Source: Bigelowiella natans CCMP2755
Taxonomy: Eukaryota > Protista > Cercozoa
Reading direction: 5' to 3'
DNA length: 62,004 nucleotides
Assembly (NCBI GenBank): GCA_000320545.1
Contig: ADNK01003223.1
Span: 1-62,004, forward strand
Shown here piece after piece: positions 18,518-31,244 of this stretch. Below the pieces are notes generated by a model. The model saw nothing but the letters and a program-made list of their open reading frames with translations, was not told the origin of the DNA and ran no database searches. The translations under genes and the position numbers were made by a program. How positions within the stretch are numbered: position 1 is the stretch's first letter; each line of letters opens with the position of its first letter.

Positions 18518-20232
18518 CACATAAAATTAATGATGACGAGGAGAAGGATAATAAGATTGTCTTCTTCTTCTTCTTCTTCTTCTTCTTCGTTGTGCTGCAT
18601 TGGACTCATCATCTACTACTACCTCGCCATTTGTTATCGGTATGTGTACGAACGCCTTGGATCTGCAAGGAACATTGAAAACACAACTAAGGAGTCGTCG
18701 CCGACGTTCAATTGATTGATTGATTGGTACATTATCCAGTATCAACAATATGAAAACAAGAACACTGGAATAAAACAGTCACAAAGAAGATTTATTGATT
18801 GATTTCTATTCTTTTAAAAAAAGGGACGGTGATGGCAAGTGTAGAAGCATGTGCAGTGATGCTGTGCCTTTGAATAAAAAAACAGTAGCAGCAGCAGTAC
18901 TAAATAGTAGTATTAGGTAGCAGCAGCGTGTGAATCATCTCTAATACAATACTACTTTCTTTGGTCTTCTTGCTGGCCTAAATCTTCTATATCAAGCTGA
19001 AACTCGAATCCGCCTTGATCTCCAACCGCTAGGTAATATTTTTAATATTGAAGCAAACTGAATTACTCGATTATGCTTGCCTAGAAGAACGCAACGTGCC
19101 CTCTTCTACTTTCTACATCTCATTTTCTTCTTCTTCTTCTTCCAGGTAAATAACCAACCAACCAATCACCTTTTGAAAGCGTGAGTTCCGATTGCCGAAA
19201 CATCGCATCAGATGATGACATGCCTCGGTTCGTGAGTGTAAGGGGAACTTCCATTGCCCCTACAAGCTCTCCGCACTTTATTATGTTGATAAGCAGTCAT
19301 CATCATCGCCGTGTTAGAAGTGAGGTGAGATCATTCTATCTCAATTCCATAATTGATTATTATCATATTCATCTATAACAGCTCTTCAATGAATCGGATT
19401 AATGAATCTTTAGACTTCACACCTGGGCAACATTCAAGGTAAATTTCTGCTTGTTCTTCCAATCGAATCGTCGTTCCCTACTGTCTGTAAACCTTGGTGC
19501 TGATTTAACAACATACAATATACTTAAATATTTTGTTAGTAGTGAAACTTATCATGATTATGAACCACCAGCGAGAGGAAACATTAACCCAATATCTATA
19601 TTTAACCATCCTGTTTCGCACATTAAAGTGAAATTTTGACAGTGTATTTGTTCAATCGGCAATCACGTGATACCAAATTCCATCACGACAAGGCCTGGTC
19701 GTTGAACAATGCGTGATCTCATATTGTTTGAGTCCTTTACTTGGGGCTGGTGGTGACGCAGTAGTAAAGTAATAGATAAGCACAATGACGACAAAGAGGT
19801 ATATATAATTGTGACGGTAAAATTAGAATCCATGTCATAAATGCAAACGGTGTTACATTATCATCATCATCCACCAAAGAATATACGATAACGTACGTAT
19901 TATTTATTACCTGAATCGTGTAGATGGACATAGCTCCTTCATCTTTGTAAATAATATAGTCTGAATAGGTCGGTTTTCTTATGGTGGAGAAAGAAAGCTT
20001 AAAGACGGTCTGTTGAGGCCTCGTAATGATCATCCGACTAGTGTGTCGGAGGATTCTGGCTGTTGCTTTGCTAGAAAACCTGCAGGAGAGAAGAAGAAGA
20101 AGAAGAAGAAGAAGAAGAAGAAGAGAAAGAAGAGAGCAATCGCATGAGAACAAAACTGGAAAAAATAAACCAATAGATAGTTGGGTAATGCCCTGGTCCG
20201 CATGAATCCCTCCTCATACACCCCCTCCTCAT
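18022..20232 (-). CDS. Whirly-family single-stranded DNA-binding protein with Arg/Ser/Thr-rich putative organellar presequence; termini approximate
   Basis: Spliced exons: ...PTYSDYIIYKDEGAMSIYTIQ-PQVKDSNNMRSRIVQRPGLVVMEF-APRFTDSRERRFDWKNKQKFTLNVAQ-LVGA...GGFEFQLDIED...SKAFVHIPITNGE-FAVIRSLLNFTIPYLLAWDK. These parallel the plant Whirly motifs (Y/F)DWxxKQxFxL, IPITxxEFAV and FxxPYLLxW. Confidence 0.8.
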
Positions 20233-20631
20233 TCTGGTACAGACGCACTCATTACATCGTGTTTGCGCTGCGGGTAGTTCGTTCCGGGTAGTCTAGGTTC
20301 CGAAAGCTGGACCGATATCATCGTCTGGATTCCGATTGGATTCCGATAAATAGGTTCCGATAGGTATACTCTAGGAACGGGAAGCACAAAAAAGAGAAGA
20401 AACCGGTGGCATTTTTGTCTAAATTGACGCAGGCAGCAGAGAAATGAGCAGAGAATGCTCGTATCCAATGGCACCGATGATAGCCCTCCTCGTGTTGTTC
20501 CTCAACGATTTCCACCATCCTCGTAATGCTGTTCAAGCGTAAAATACAATTACTCCATTTTCACGTCGATACGAATCAATTAATAGTAGTTATTCAGTCA
20601 ACCTGGCAGTTGCAGAAGCAGCAATGATAGT

Positions 20632-20662
<31 letters not shown>

Positions 20663-20961
20663 TCCAATTGCATCTGTATTAGAGGCCATGTTGGGGAATA
20701 GAAATAGCTCTTCGTGTGACTTTGAAATGCTATACCGGTAATTATCAAATGCTAACGAGGGAAGTTATTCTTCATAATCTTCGTCGAGAGGTAAAGGCCT
20801 CAAACAAGTTCCAACACTTCCATTCTAAACGCAGATTTTTTTGGTCATTCTTTGATCTCACTTTTCAAATGCAGGTTCGGAACATCAATTCCCGAATGTA
20901 AAACAACCCGTTTTTAGAGTTGAAGGAGATGGTAAGAGAGAAAACGAAATAATCGTTAACC

Positions 20962-20999
<38 letters not shown>

Positions 21000-21229
21000 G
21001 AGGCTTAGATCAAGCGACTACGTCAATTAAAATAAGGTGTTTCATTTTACTAAAAACATCTCTGAAACAATCTGATACTCGAAGTAGAGCCAGGTTCAGA
21101 TAAAATTCACTAGTCTTGGCACCGATAACGAAATGCAATTAAAGCTTCCCCACGAGTCTTCTACTTCATCGGTGCTTTGTCCTTCTGAAAAACGTACCAA
21201 CAACATAAAAAGGGTGAAAATCTAGAAAT

Positions 21230-21900
21230 ACAAAAGTGCATCTTGAGACTTGGCTTAGCTAGCTACTACCGCAGCAGTCGTACACATCAACCAGGTATAC
21301 AAACACTTAGTCTATTATGCTGGCGTGACGATGTGCTGTCTCAACGTTACATCAAGAGCTAACTTGAACGCAGAAGGAATTGTGCACACCGCTCGCATTC
21401 GTAATCGCAAGTGGCAGAACAGATCAATATCATCATGCAGCGCTATAGACCTCTACACACATTACACATATTCACACATTTGCCTCTAGCTTTACTTACG
21501 ACAGAGTCTAGAAAGTGTGTGACTGTACGGGACACAATTGCATCGCGTGGGTAAGTACGTGTACGTAAACACGCTGATATAAAGATGATGGTAATCGAGG
21601 TGCATGTAGTCGTCTTAGAATATACATGATGAAAAAGCACAACTGCATCCAGGTTGCATATTGCACACAGCGACCGCAGATTTAGATGTACGTGAGCGCT
21701 GACATAAACACCGCCGGCGAGCACTTCGTATCGCATGTGCTCGATTCCTCAAACACAAGTTAGTTGTGCACAAGCAAATAGTTCCTCCTGTCTTCTCAAT
21801 TTCACATTGGCAGGCTGCATAGCATGATCACATTTAGATGTTGCATTGTGGCGCATGTTTACCACGTACCAAGGGTCGATCTAGGGATAGTTGATACAGT
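21230..21900. other. Weaker CTAG/CATG/TGCA-rich intergenic island downstream of the glycosyltransferase 3' end
   Basis: CTAG/TAGCTA clusters and abundant GCA/TGC; partial TA loss; no exons recognised. Confidence 0.45.
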
Positions 21901-22023
21901 GCTTTAACGTATTACATCATTGTTTATTCATTCGTGTGTTTCATTGCTTTTGAATCATCTAATCAACCGGACGAACATCCGATTTTGATGACTTTACCAT
22001 AATCGTTTCATCATTAGCAATGC

Positions 22024-22763
22024 TCACATTTCTTCGATTCTTGTAATCGAAGTCTTATAATCTCCAAGAAATATATTTACTTTATCATTGTTGTAGACAA
22101 TTATATGTCCATCTTTGTCAACACCAACCGCACAAATTGATGAAATTGACCTACACATCGGGAGTTCTACGCACCAGATAATGTTAATATTGGAATCTGA
22201 TGGATTCTCAGATATCATGCCATTAACTGTGTGAGCACACAAATTGCCATCGTAGAAGAATGAGATGTATGTAGGTCCCAGCTGTTGTCTCTTATCATTA
22301 CTTTTAAAAGTTCTATTACTACTACTACTACTGACACTGTTATGAGGAGGAGGAAAGCACTCTATTATTGTATTCTCATCTTGCTGCTTGTTGTTGTTGA
22401 TGGCGTTTCCTCCTCCTCCTCCTCCTCCTTCTTCTTCTTCTTCTGTAAGTAGCAGTACGTGCCTCGTACATAACCTGCTGCTATCACTGTCAATATATAA
22501 CCCTATCATTGGTGATGACAGTGAAGAAGAAAAAGTAGAAGAAGGCGATGATTTGCTATTGCTGCTGCCTCCAATATTTTCTGCCTCCTCCTCCTCTCCT
22601 CGAAGCACTAGAATTTGGAAGTCTGCCATGTACCAGCCCATCTCCAATTTCTGGTACGATGGAATAAGATGCTCCTGCTGCTGCTGCTGCTGGTGGTGGT
22701 GGTCACGAGATGATGATGATGATGATGAGGATGAGGATGATTTGGGGGGGTGGAAATAGCGTA

Positions 22764-22799
<36 letters not shown>

Positions 22800-23682
22800 G
22801 CGAGGATAATATTTGAGAATATAACGAAGATAACAAATCTGGTGCCGCTTCTCCTTCGTCCACGTGGTGGATTGTGGTAGGAATGCTGGTTGCATACCTG
22901 TAATAAACAAACACAACGACCGAGGTTATTTAAGGGCTATATTGTGTCCTTCATGTCATGTTTATGATAATAACAACATATATGTATGCTTATCAGCTTT
23001 TCGGCGGCTGCTGCTTTGTTGTTGTTGTGGTTTTATATGCTGCCAGGCTACAAGCAAGTCATATGCGCCTTTTTTATCCTCTTTGCGTATGTGTATTATG
23101 TGTATTATATTATTATGTGTTTGAATGAATTAGAGAGGGTGAGGATTTTGGTAATATTATTATTACAGATTGTCCATAGTCCTGACAGCTCCCCCCCCTT
23201 CAAATAATGATCCTAAGGATGGGAAGTAGTAGCTACTGCTTGCTGCAATAGACGGCACGAAGTTAAGTTTCCACAGGATAAAAGCTCCTGAGAGGACCAA
23301 GAGACTACCATCATTCCCTACCATCATTCTGCATGGATGTGTTTCACATATCCTGAACTTTTCACTCCAGATACTTCTACCATGATCCGAGAATATGTGT
23401 AGGCCATAATATAGGCATATGCTTCCATCATTCTGAAAGGTCAGGATCTTCTCTGGACTCAGAGGGGGGGGGATTAATGAAGGGAACACGCCATAAGGGT
23501 ACGAATTGTGAAATGGCTTGGAAAAACAAGACATTAAGTTTTCAGCAGCAGCCTCCTTATCATCAACTTCCTCCTCCTCCTTTTTATCACGACGACGATG
23601 ACGATGAACATCCCTTCGTTGTCGGTGTCTTCTTCGCAGTCTTAAGATCATCTTTTTCTTAGTATTACTCTTCTCCGCCTGG

Positions 23683-23714
<32 letters not shown>

Positions 23715-24875
23715 ATTAGCATTCTTCCATTCTCGCTCACTACGAGGATTATTCGAGGATGATGAGATATTGTACATGCAGACTTTTAAACTGCTTTCCT
23801 CATCTTTGATCCGAAGCTCAAAATGACCATTTTGTGAGACGAGAGAAGATCCCTTAGCCGACTCCATTGAGTCTTGCTGCATCATCACCAACGATTTCCT
23901 CCCTGAGTAGTAGTACATATGATGAGGACAACTACTTATCAAAATATGATGGCAATGGAAGTCCTCACACCCATAGGAGAGGCCGATGGAAGTAAGAATC
24001 AGGAAAAAGAAGAAAAGAGAAAGAAAACAAAATCATTAACGTTTGGTGTATTATTATTGTTATTATTATTTCTGTAGGAGCGTCTCTACCAAGAGCAATC
24101 TTCTTCGCACAAAGGCCAATTCTGTCTCTGAAGTGCCAAGAAGGTGAAACATAGTCCATCTTGGCTGACGAGAATCTAACCGGAGTGAATCGTTCCATAG
24201 TTTTCATTATTCTTGTAGGACACGAAGGAGAAGAAGATGATGAAGAAGAAGAAGACGATGATGATGTCGATATTGATGTTGTTGATGAGCTTGTGCCAGT
24301 ATTATGCTGCTGCTGCTGCTGCGCTGATGATTTCATTTCAGCATCATCCTTCCAACCATGATGATGATCATGATAAATGATATCTTTATTTGCTTTCTCT
24401 GATTTTGGAACAACTGAAGATTCTCTCATTGACGACGACGATGATGATGATGATGAATGCTCTTGTTGTGGCATCTGCATTCTTTTCTCTTGTTGTTGTT
24501 TTTTCTGTTTTGTTACTGGAGGTAGTCGTTCTCCTTTGTTTGTTGTTGTTGTTGTTGCTGCTGCTGCTGCTGCTGTGTATATACCCCCTTCTTCAAGTTC
24601 TTGTTGAACAGGAGTAGTAGAGCCTCCTTTTTCTTTCTCCTTCTTCTTCTTATGCAGCAGTAATTTATTCAGTTTATCAAGAATAGGGGCAATCAAGAAT
24701 TCCGAAGTAGTAGTAGTAGTAGTAGCAGCAGCAGAATAATAATAATCATCATCATCTGCTGCTACAACTACTGTTGGCGATGGTGATGATGATTCTTTTG
24801 GTGCTTTCTTGTCTTCTATTTCTTCTTCTTCTTCTTCTTTACCAGCACGATCATCCTGGTTTAGTCGCCGCACAC

Positions 24876-24912
<37 letters not shown>

Positions 24913-25971
24913 TATTGCAATCATGACTATGTTGTCTTGCTTGCAATGATGATGATGATGATGAGGATGCTCAATGAAGGCCTGGTGAGACATCCACAAC
25001 CGATCAAATGTACCCCAGTGAGTTCTTGGTATGTTCTCAGTAATAAAAAAAGGCTTGTTGTTGTCGTCATCGCCATGATCATTAGAATCATTTTGATTAT
25101 CATCATCATTATCATCATTTTCTTCTTCACCATCTTGTTGTTGTTGCTGCTGCTGATGATGATGATGGTTTTGGGGGGAGGGTTCTGGTGAGAATAAGTT
25201 GAGGGGGAAAAGCACTGGGCCTTGAACAACATCCACTACTTGTGCTCGTGGTAGTGATGGTGGTGGTGGTGGAAGAGGATGATGTGGAGCCGAGGATGAT
25301 GATGATGATGATGGTGATGATTGTGGGCGTTGTTCTTGTGGCTTGTTCTTCTCATTCTTCGTAATTGAGAGATTGTATCCAGAGAAACTAACTACTACCA
25401 TGCTCTCTCTTAAACTACCAGCCTTATTCACAGTGCACCCCTCCTCTTTCTTCCTCCTCTTCCTCATTTCTTTTAGAGAGTGAGACTTATAATTGCTCAC
25501 AAGTTTCTCAACAATCTCGTTGTATTCAGTATGTGTGGAATTCTTATCAGTATCACCATCGCCATCAATGTTATGATGATGATGATGATGATGATAATGA
25601 TGATGCTCGTCGTCATCAAAATCAACAGCTAGTGTAACGGTGGTGCGATCCTGCATCATCTTATTATCGAATCCCCCCTTCATCGTCCTCATCTTGGTGA
25701 TTGCCATTTCTGCCTCCACCTCTGCCTCTTCTTCTTTGATAACAGCATGAATTTTTGCTCCTGGATGGTACTCTTGGAGCCAAATGAGAGACACAGAATC
25801 ACTTTGTTGCTGCTGCTGCTGCTGCTGCTGTGAAAACAAGGACGACGACGACGATTTATTTGCACTGGTTGCTTCGGCAAGAAATTGCGGAAGAGCTTCC
25901 TTTTCGATTGGATGTTCCCAAGACCTGAAAGAAGAAATTAGTATCAATATATATATATATATATATTATAT

Positions 25972-26013
<42 letters not shown>

Positions 26014-28114
26014 GGTTATTATGTACAAGTTTATAGTTGTGAGAAGCAGAAGCAAACATAGGACGTTCTCTATTTTTTACATGATAATCAGACACATTAT
26101 GCAGTGCAGTGCTCTCTTTCTCCTCCTTTTCTCATAAATGATGACAACTTTTATTATTATTTTGTATGATATTAGAACTGCCGTCGTGTGATTGAATGAT
26201 GTTTTATTATTGTTACCTTGGTGTAAACACGACGACGTAGATCTTGTTCAAAGGGTAAGTCTGATGTTGGGCTATTGAAAGTTTATTGACAATAACCTCA
26301 CGTTCCCAAGGATAAATGGCAGTTATTATGCCGACTGTACGATGTTTAAATGTGTTGTATACTACTGGTAATGGTGATGGGGGAAGTGGTGGTGGCGATG
26401 ATGACAATGAGGAGGAGGAGGAAGAGGAAGAAGAAGAAGACGACGAAGAAAGAGGCGCGCTGCTACTGGATATTCTGTTGTTGTTTGTTGCAGTTGGTGC
26501 TACTATCCCTACTACTAGTTGTTGGCCGATTGCGTTATATACAGCAGCTAAGAACTCCTCACACGGAGTAGCGATCTTGTCTTCGTGGAGGGCTCTCATT
26601 CCGGCAAAATGTACAATGGCAGGTTGGACCCCACTCTTCTTCACAGCAAGAGTGCTGGTTCTTCTGCTGCTACTACCACCATCTGAAAGAGTAGTAGTGA
26701 CATCGTGGTGGTCCCACTCAAAGAACTCCATAAATAGAGTGTATCCAGGTGGAATAATGGCGAAAATTTCCGCTTCATAATCTAAAGTTATCTTTAATTT
26801 CATGGGCAACTCCTTCTTCTGCTGGTGGTGGTACTGTTCTTCTTTTACGTTAATGCCGTTATCACCATCATCAACATAGTTGTGGTCACCATGATGAAAG
26901 AGGACGTTAGTGAAAGCTGCTTGATCGTCCAAATCTTTATTTTCCATTTCAATCTGATTGATAGTAGGAGGAGGCGGAGGAAGGGGAGGAGGATCAGTGG
27001 GTACATGACTGTCAAAAGAGGAAATTGGACAACAAGAAAGGAAAATATAATCACGAGGAGAATGAACAACTAGTAGCTGCAGCATTGGTGACACGAACGA
27101 TTTTTACACTCCTTCTGCTACGACGAGAAGGAAACAAACAACAGTGAAGCTACGACTAGTAATATCACTCTGCACAACAGTTTATGACGATGGGGTCGTA
27201 CTGATAACTAACACCACTGTTTCAAGGCACCAACAGCAACGACATCAACATCATATCTTCACATCTTGATTGACCTTCGCAAAATGGAGGAATTGTGCTA
27301 GAGGGCCCGCCCTTGCTATGACATTTCCTGCGTTGAGAAACTTCATCATAGCTCTTCCTGACGGAGCGATCATTTCCATAAATCGCTTTATGCCAATGTT
27401 ATTGCGGCAGTATGGCGTGTCGCAGAGTATCTCTGCACCAAAGACAATATCTTTTTCGAGCTTTAAGAATCTTTGCAAGATCGCAATAGGGGTGCCGATA
27501 ACGAGAGCATCAAGACAGTCTTGTACAAGAACCACTGTACTATCAGGAAGGGATTCTAGGCGGCTGATAAGAGCTTGCATGCGTCTCATCCAAAACTCGT
27601 TGGCTCCATGCTTTTTCATGGGGGAAAGAATCAATGGATGTGGCTGATGAAAGCCATTTACCCGCATTCCGTGAAGGAAATTGAGGAAGAGATGGTGGTC
27701 TAGTAAATCATGTGTTACTACTGATATCACTTCGAAATGTTCCACATGCCCATTGGGGAGCATGTAGTAGTTGGAGAGGCTGCTAGTGCTGTTAGATCCG
27801 CCGCGTACAATCGCAGCTACATCTCGATTGCTCAATATATTTTCCCAACACATTCGTGAGTTCCCACGAAAAAGAGCTTCTATTTCAGAATGACCGTCCT
27901 CAGCATTACCGGAAGAATGCACCTTGTCCCGATTCGATAGTGGATGTACGCCATGCACAGAAATAATACTCCAAGAAGAAATGAGGCAGAAAAAGAAAAT
28001 CAATGCAAAGAGGCCAGTCGGAGTAGTAAGCATGCCAACCAAACCAAAGCGTTGTTTCGTGGAAGATGATGATGATGATGAGGCTGTTCGAATACTCTTT
28101 GAACGTCGTCCCAT
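22024..28114 (-). CDS. Membrane-anchored PLOD/LH3-type GT-A glycosyltransferase domain + long low-complexity region + degenerate bulb-type (GNA) lectin-like repeats
   Basis: An N-terminal hydrophobic segment (GLFALIFFFCLISSWSIISV) precedes GT motifs VLVQDCLDAL (DxD-like), IVFGAEILC, KFLNAGNVIA, DDQAAFT, ITLDYEAEIF and PAIVHFAG. The C-terminal part has SLVSQNGHFEL, LTFQNDGSICLY, VGNDGSLLVL...ILW, FYDGNLC and VDKDGHIIVY, resembling QxDxNxVxY. Large exons correspond to ORFs 27251-28150, 26213-27094, 23965-25947, 23163-23942 and 22024-22914. Confidence 0.7.
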
Positions 28115-29140
28115 CCCGCAATGGGTATTGTAGATTCGCTCAAAATACACGAAGAAGGAGAGAAAATATGCGCTTACATTATAGCGATGATGCTGTTTGT
28201 TACGAGTTCCTCCTTGAAGACGAGAAGTATAAATTCTAGTATTATTACTAACTGCTGGAGCACCACCTATTCGTCCGTTTCTGCCTCTACCTGCAAGTAG
28301 TAAGTGTAAGAACTGTTAGATTGGGCAACAATTTTCACACTGCTATTTGTCTCATAATGGAGTTAGTCACAACAATCGTCACACTGTCATTCGTCTCATA
28401 ATGGAATCAGTCACAAAACCACTCAGAGATATTAATTTTTATCATTATTATTATTTTCTTGTTCTGGTTCTTGTTCTTCTTCTTCTCTTTCTACCACTAC
28501 CACGGCTACTACGGCTACTACGGCTACTACTGCGACTACTGTTACTACAACTATTACTGCTGCTGCTGCTACTGCTACTGCTCTACTATTTCAATAACGA
28601 CTATGTTTTATTACTATTTTCATCAAATCCGACACCCCTTTTTGATTCACAATGTGCACTGGAGGGTAGACTTTTACGATGTTGGAGGTTGCTCTAAACA
28701 ACATGAATAGAAAATGTTATGTTTTGGGAAGTGGGTGAAAAGTTAGATGCGATACAGGCTGCTGCCACTCTAGCACTGCTTCGTTGTTACCCGTGCCATC
28801 TGTTCTCGGCGAGAGGCACTTCGTCCAATGCTGTACCTCCTATGATCATCGAATCAAAGACGGCCGTATTAATAAACCATCTTTGAAGTCACGGTATGGC
28901 CGTTGTAAACAGCAAGTGTATTACCTACCTCTTCCCTTCTCTCAATCAACCCTGTCCTTGTCATGGATGATCATCATTGAGTTTCAGCTTTAAACTCTTG
29001 TAGTATTCCCGAGTATTTGAGGAGAATCGGGGAGAGCGACAACACGTTCATTGAAATTTTACGATGAATCAGATTCTCTGCAGCTCTAGACATTTTGGAA
29101 ATGTAGTTCGTCATCATTGTTCTTGTTGTTCTTGTTGTTC

Positions 29141-29338
29141 TGCATTTTGCACACTGCAAGTGTCTTGCAACACTTTGGAAATGTAGTTCTTCATCATTGT
29201 TTCATTGTTTCATTGTTTTCTAGATCTGTGCTAGTCACAGTCCTCACTGAAGCCAGTTCGAGGCACTGCATTTTGCACACTGCAAACGTCTTGCAACACT
29301 TTGGAAATGCAGTTCTTCATCATTGTTTCATTGTTTCT
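29141..29338 (+). repeat. ~70-bp direct repeat (two copies 126 bp apart, partial third copy near 29091)
   Basis: TGCATTTTGCACACTGCAA..GTCTTGCAACACTTTGGAAATG(T/C)AGTTCTTCATCATTGTTTCATTGTTTC starts at ~29141 and ~29267. Confidence 0.9.
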
Positions 29339-29549
29339 GTGGAACGCCGGCGGATGTGAACAACTCTCGCGATTTCTTTGGTTGTGCTCTTGACAGGCTA
29401 GCAGGGAGGACATGGATGAGTCAGCATGTCCAGTGATCCCTGTCAGCGGTCTGGCCGCGCCACCCACGATCAAGGAGCTGTCGCAGCATGCGCACGTCCA
29501 CTCGTGCTGCACGCTGCGCTGCGCACATGCGCATGGAAGTTCTCAGAAC

Positions 29550-29709
29550 TTCGGGAATCTTCGAGAAGCTTCGAGAATCTTCCAGAAGCTTCGAGAACAT
29601 TCCGGAAGATTCGAGAATCTTCCAGAATCTTCGAGAGCATTCCGGAAGCTTCGAGAATCTTCCAGAGAATTCGAGAGAATTCTGGAAGATTCGAGAATCT
29701 TCGCGAATG
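29550..29709. repeat. 10-bp minisatellite TTCnnGAAnn x16 = continuous heat-shock-element-like array
   Basis: TTC begins at 29550, 29560 ... 29700 in all 16 units. GAA follows 5 bp later in 13 of 16 units (GAG in 3). The spacer dinucleotides vary. Confidence 0.9.
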
Positions 29710-31244
29710 CGCCGCGAATGCGCCGGAACCCAACGTGCACATGCATGCAGCGCAAGTCACAAGTCATCATTGGAATTCAAACGCACACAGGACCGCGTGT
29801 TGACACTTGGTGACATCAACAGCACAGTCCCGCGCACAAAAGCTAAGCAGCTACCGCACACCCGCTGAAAATCCCTCCAATCAAGCATTGAAAATGCTTC
29901 ATTCATTCATTTTTCTGTTTGCCAGTTCAACGTTCACACCAGAGACGTGCCGGCCCTTCTGGTCTTCCTTCTTGTTTCAGCGCACTAGCGCAGTTTGTTG
30001 TTGGTTTGTGCACCGCTAGATCGTGTTGAGTGTCTCTGTGTTTCAATGTTTCAATGTTTCAATGTTTCATTCGTTCATTCTGATTCACTTGTTGAGGACC
30101 GGACGAGGGCAAACACGTCTAGACATGCCAGCATGCCAGCATGCCCACGTGCGCACCTGATCAAACGTGGGAAGGACGGGAGGAAACCAGAAGTGTTCGA
30201 ACAACGATCAGAAACTCACGTCATCGAGGACTGGAGGAACGTGAACTGGATGAGCTAGTCGACTGAAACGTTGAACATGCTAGCATGCATTGACTAGTTG
30301 AATTTGGCATTCTCTAGCTTCTGGCATTGCCAGATTGTCACATGCAGAAAGGAAATGCGTGTCTCATGTCATGCCAGCATGCCTAGATGCCAGCATGGCT
30401 GGAGCTAGCTAGATGAGTGCAAGACATCCGTGGCGATCTAGCGATGGAAAACACGCAAGGATGTGTGATCGCCTCCATCTAGCCATCTGCGACCTTGCAT
30501 GCGCCCGCGATCCAGAGGTGGAGATGATAGCTGACAAAAACTGAAAATCGCCGCGAATGCGAATGCAGATGCCTCTTTGCAACCTACGCCTGCGTGCGTG
30601 CGGTAGCCTAGTAGCTAGCTGCTCTAGCTAGCTAGTGCTGCATGTTTGCATGCACGTTGAGACACAAGGTCTAGAGATGTGTGAATGAATTCTTCAAGTC
30701 TAACATGATTGTTGAACGTGCCGCAGCGACTCATTTCTACAATGCAAGAATCTAGAAAAGGGAGAGCCAGAAGGATCCCGTTAAACTAGTAAAGACAAGG
30801 GTCTTCCGCAGAAATGCGTAACAGAACAAAACAGTGGGCACTCGTACACCAAACCCGTGTAATGCACATGACAGGAACCCACTTTCCATGTAACCGTGCG
30901 TAAGTGTGATGACATGTACGTTTATTAGCAGAACGTATCGTGAGATATTAGGGAGACTACTTGAAGTGACAGTTCGAGAATTTAATTTTAGATGAAACCA
31001 AGCTTGTTGTACAACCCTGCCAATAGCTTGGTATTGATTATCACTTTAGTGCATTGTGTGAATGTATGTGTACATTTATTATGTGTACAACAGTATAAAA
31101 TTGTAGGTTACAAAGAATCTTATTTTAAAATCTAAACAATATGCACATTCACATGAACATTCTAGAATTAATTTAGTCTACGATAAGATTTCTAATTTGA
31201 CTCATCATTGTTAGTACCGAGGCTAAAATTGTGCTGGACATAAG

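Larger units (their letters stand above)
29110..30780. other. Strongly TpA-purged intergenic island, probably decayed repeat/transposon DNA
   Basis: By hand, every TA between ~29110 and 30780 is in CTA or TAG context. In 29190-30520, 15 of 17 TAs are CTAG. The island contains internal direct repeats and a minisatellite. Confidence 0.85.

Noticed and set aside
20560-21200. Possible extra exons or a small gene upstream of Whirly
   Set aside because: Short open stretches with splice-like sites exist, but I could not join them into a consistent frame or recognise a motif.
28700-29100. Possible small gene between the glycosyltransferase and the island
   Set aside because: Only short ORFs with no recognisable motif or consistent exon chain.
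29550-29709. CRISPR-like array
   Set aside because: 10-bp units with no unique spacers and no cas genes, in a eukaryotic context.
29412-29868. Five overlapping ORFs across the TTCnnGAA array
   Set aside because: Open frames arise because TA-purged DNA lacks most TAA/TAG stops; the peptides are only the translated minisatellite.
29110-30780. Call as a Helitron or other defined transposon
   Set aside because: No Rep/helicase or transposase coding remnant, TIR or TSD could be identified; CTAG is too common here to serve as a Helitron 3' end.
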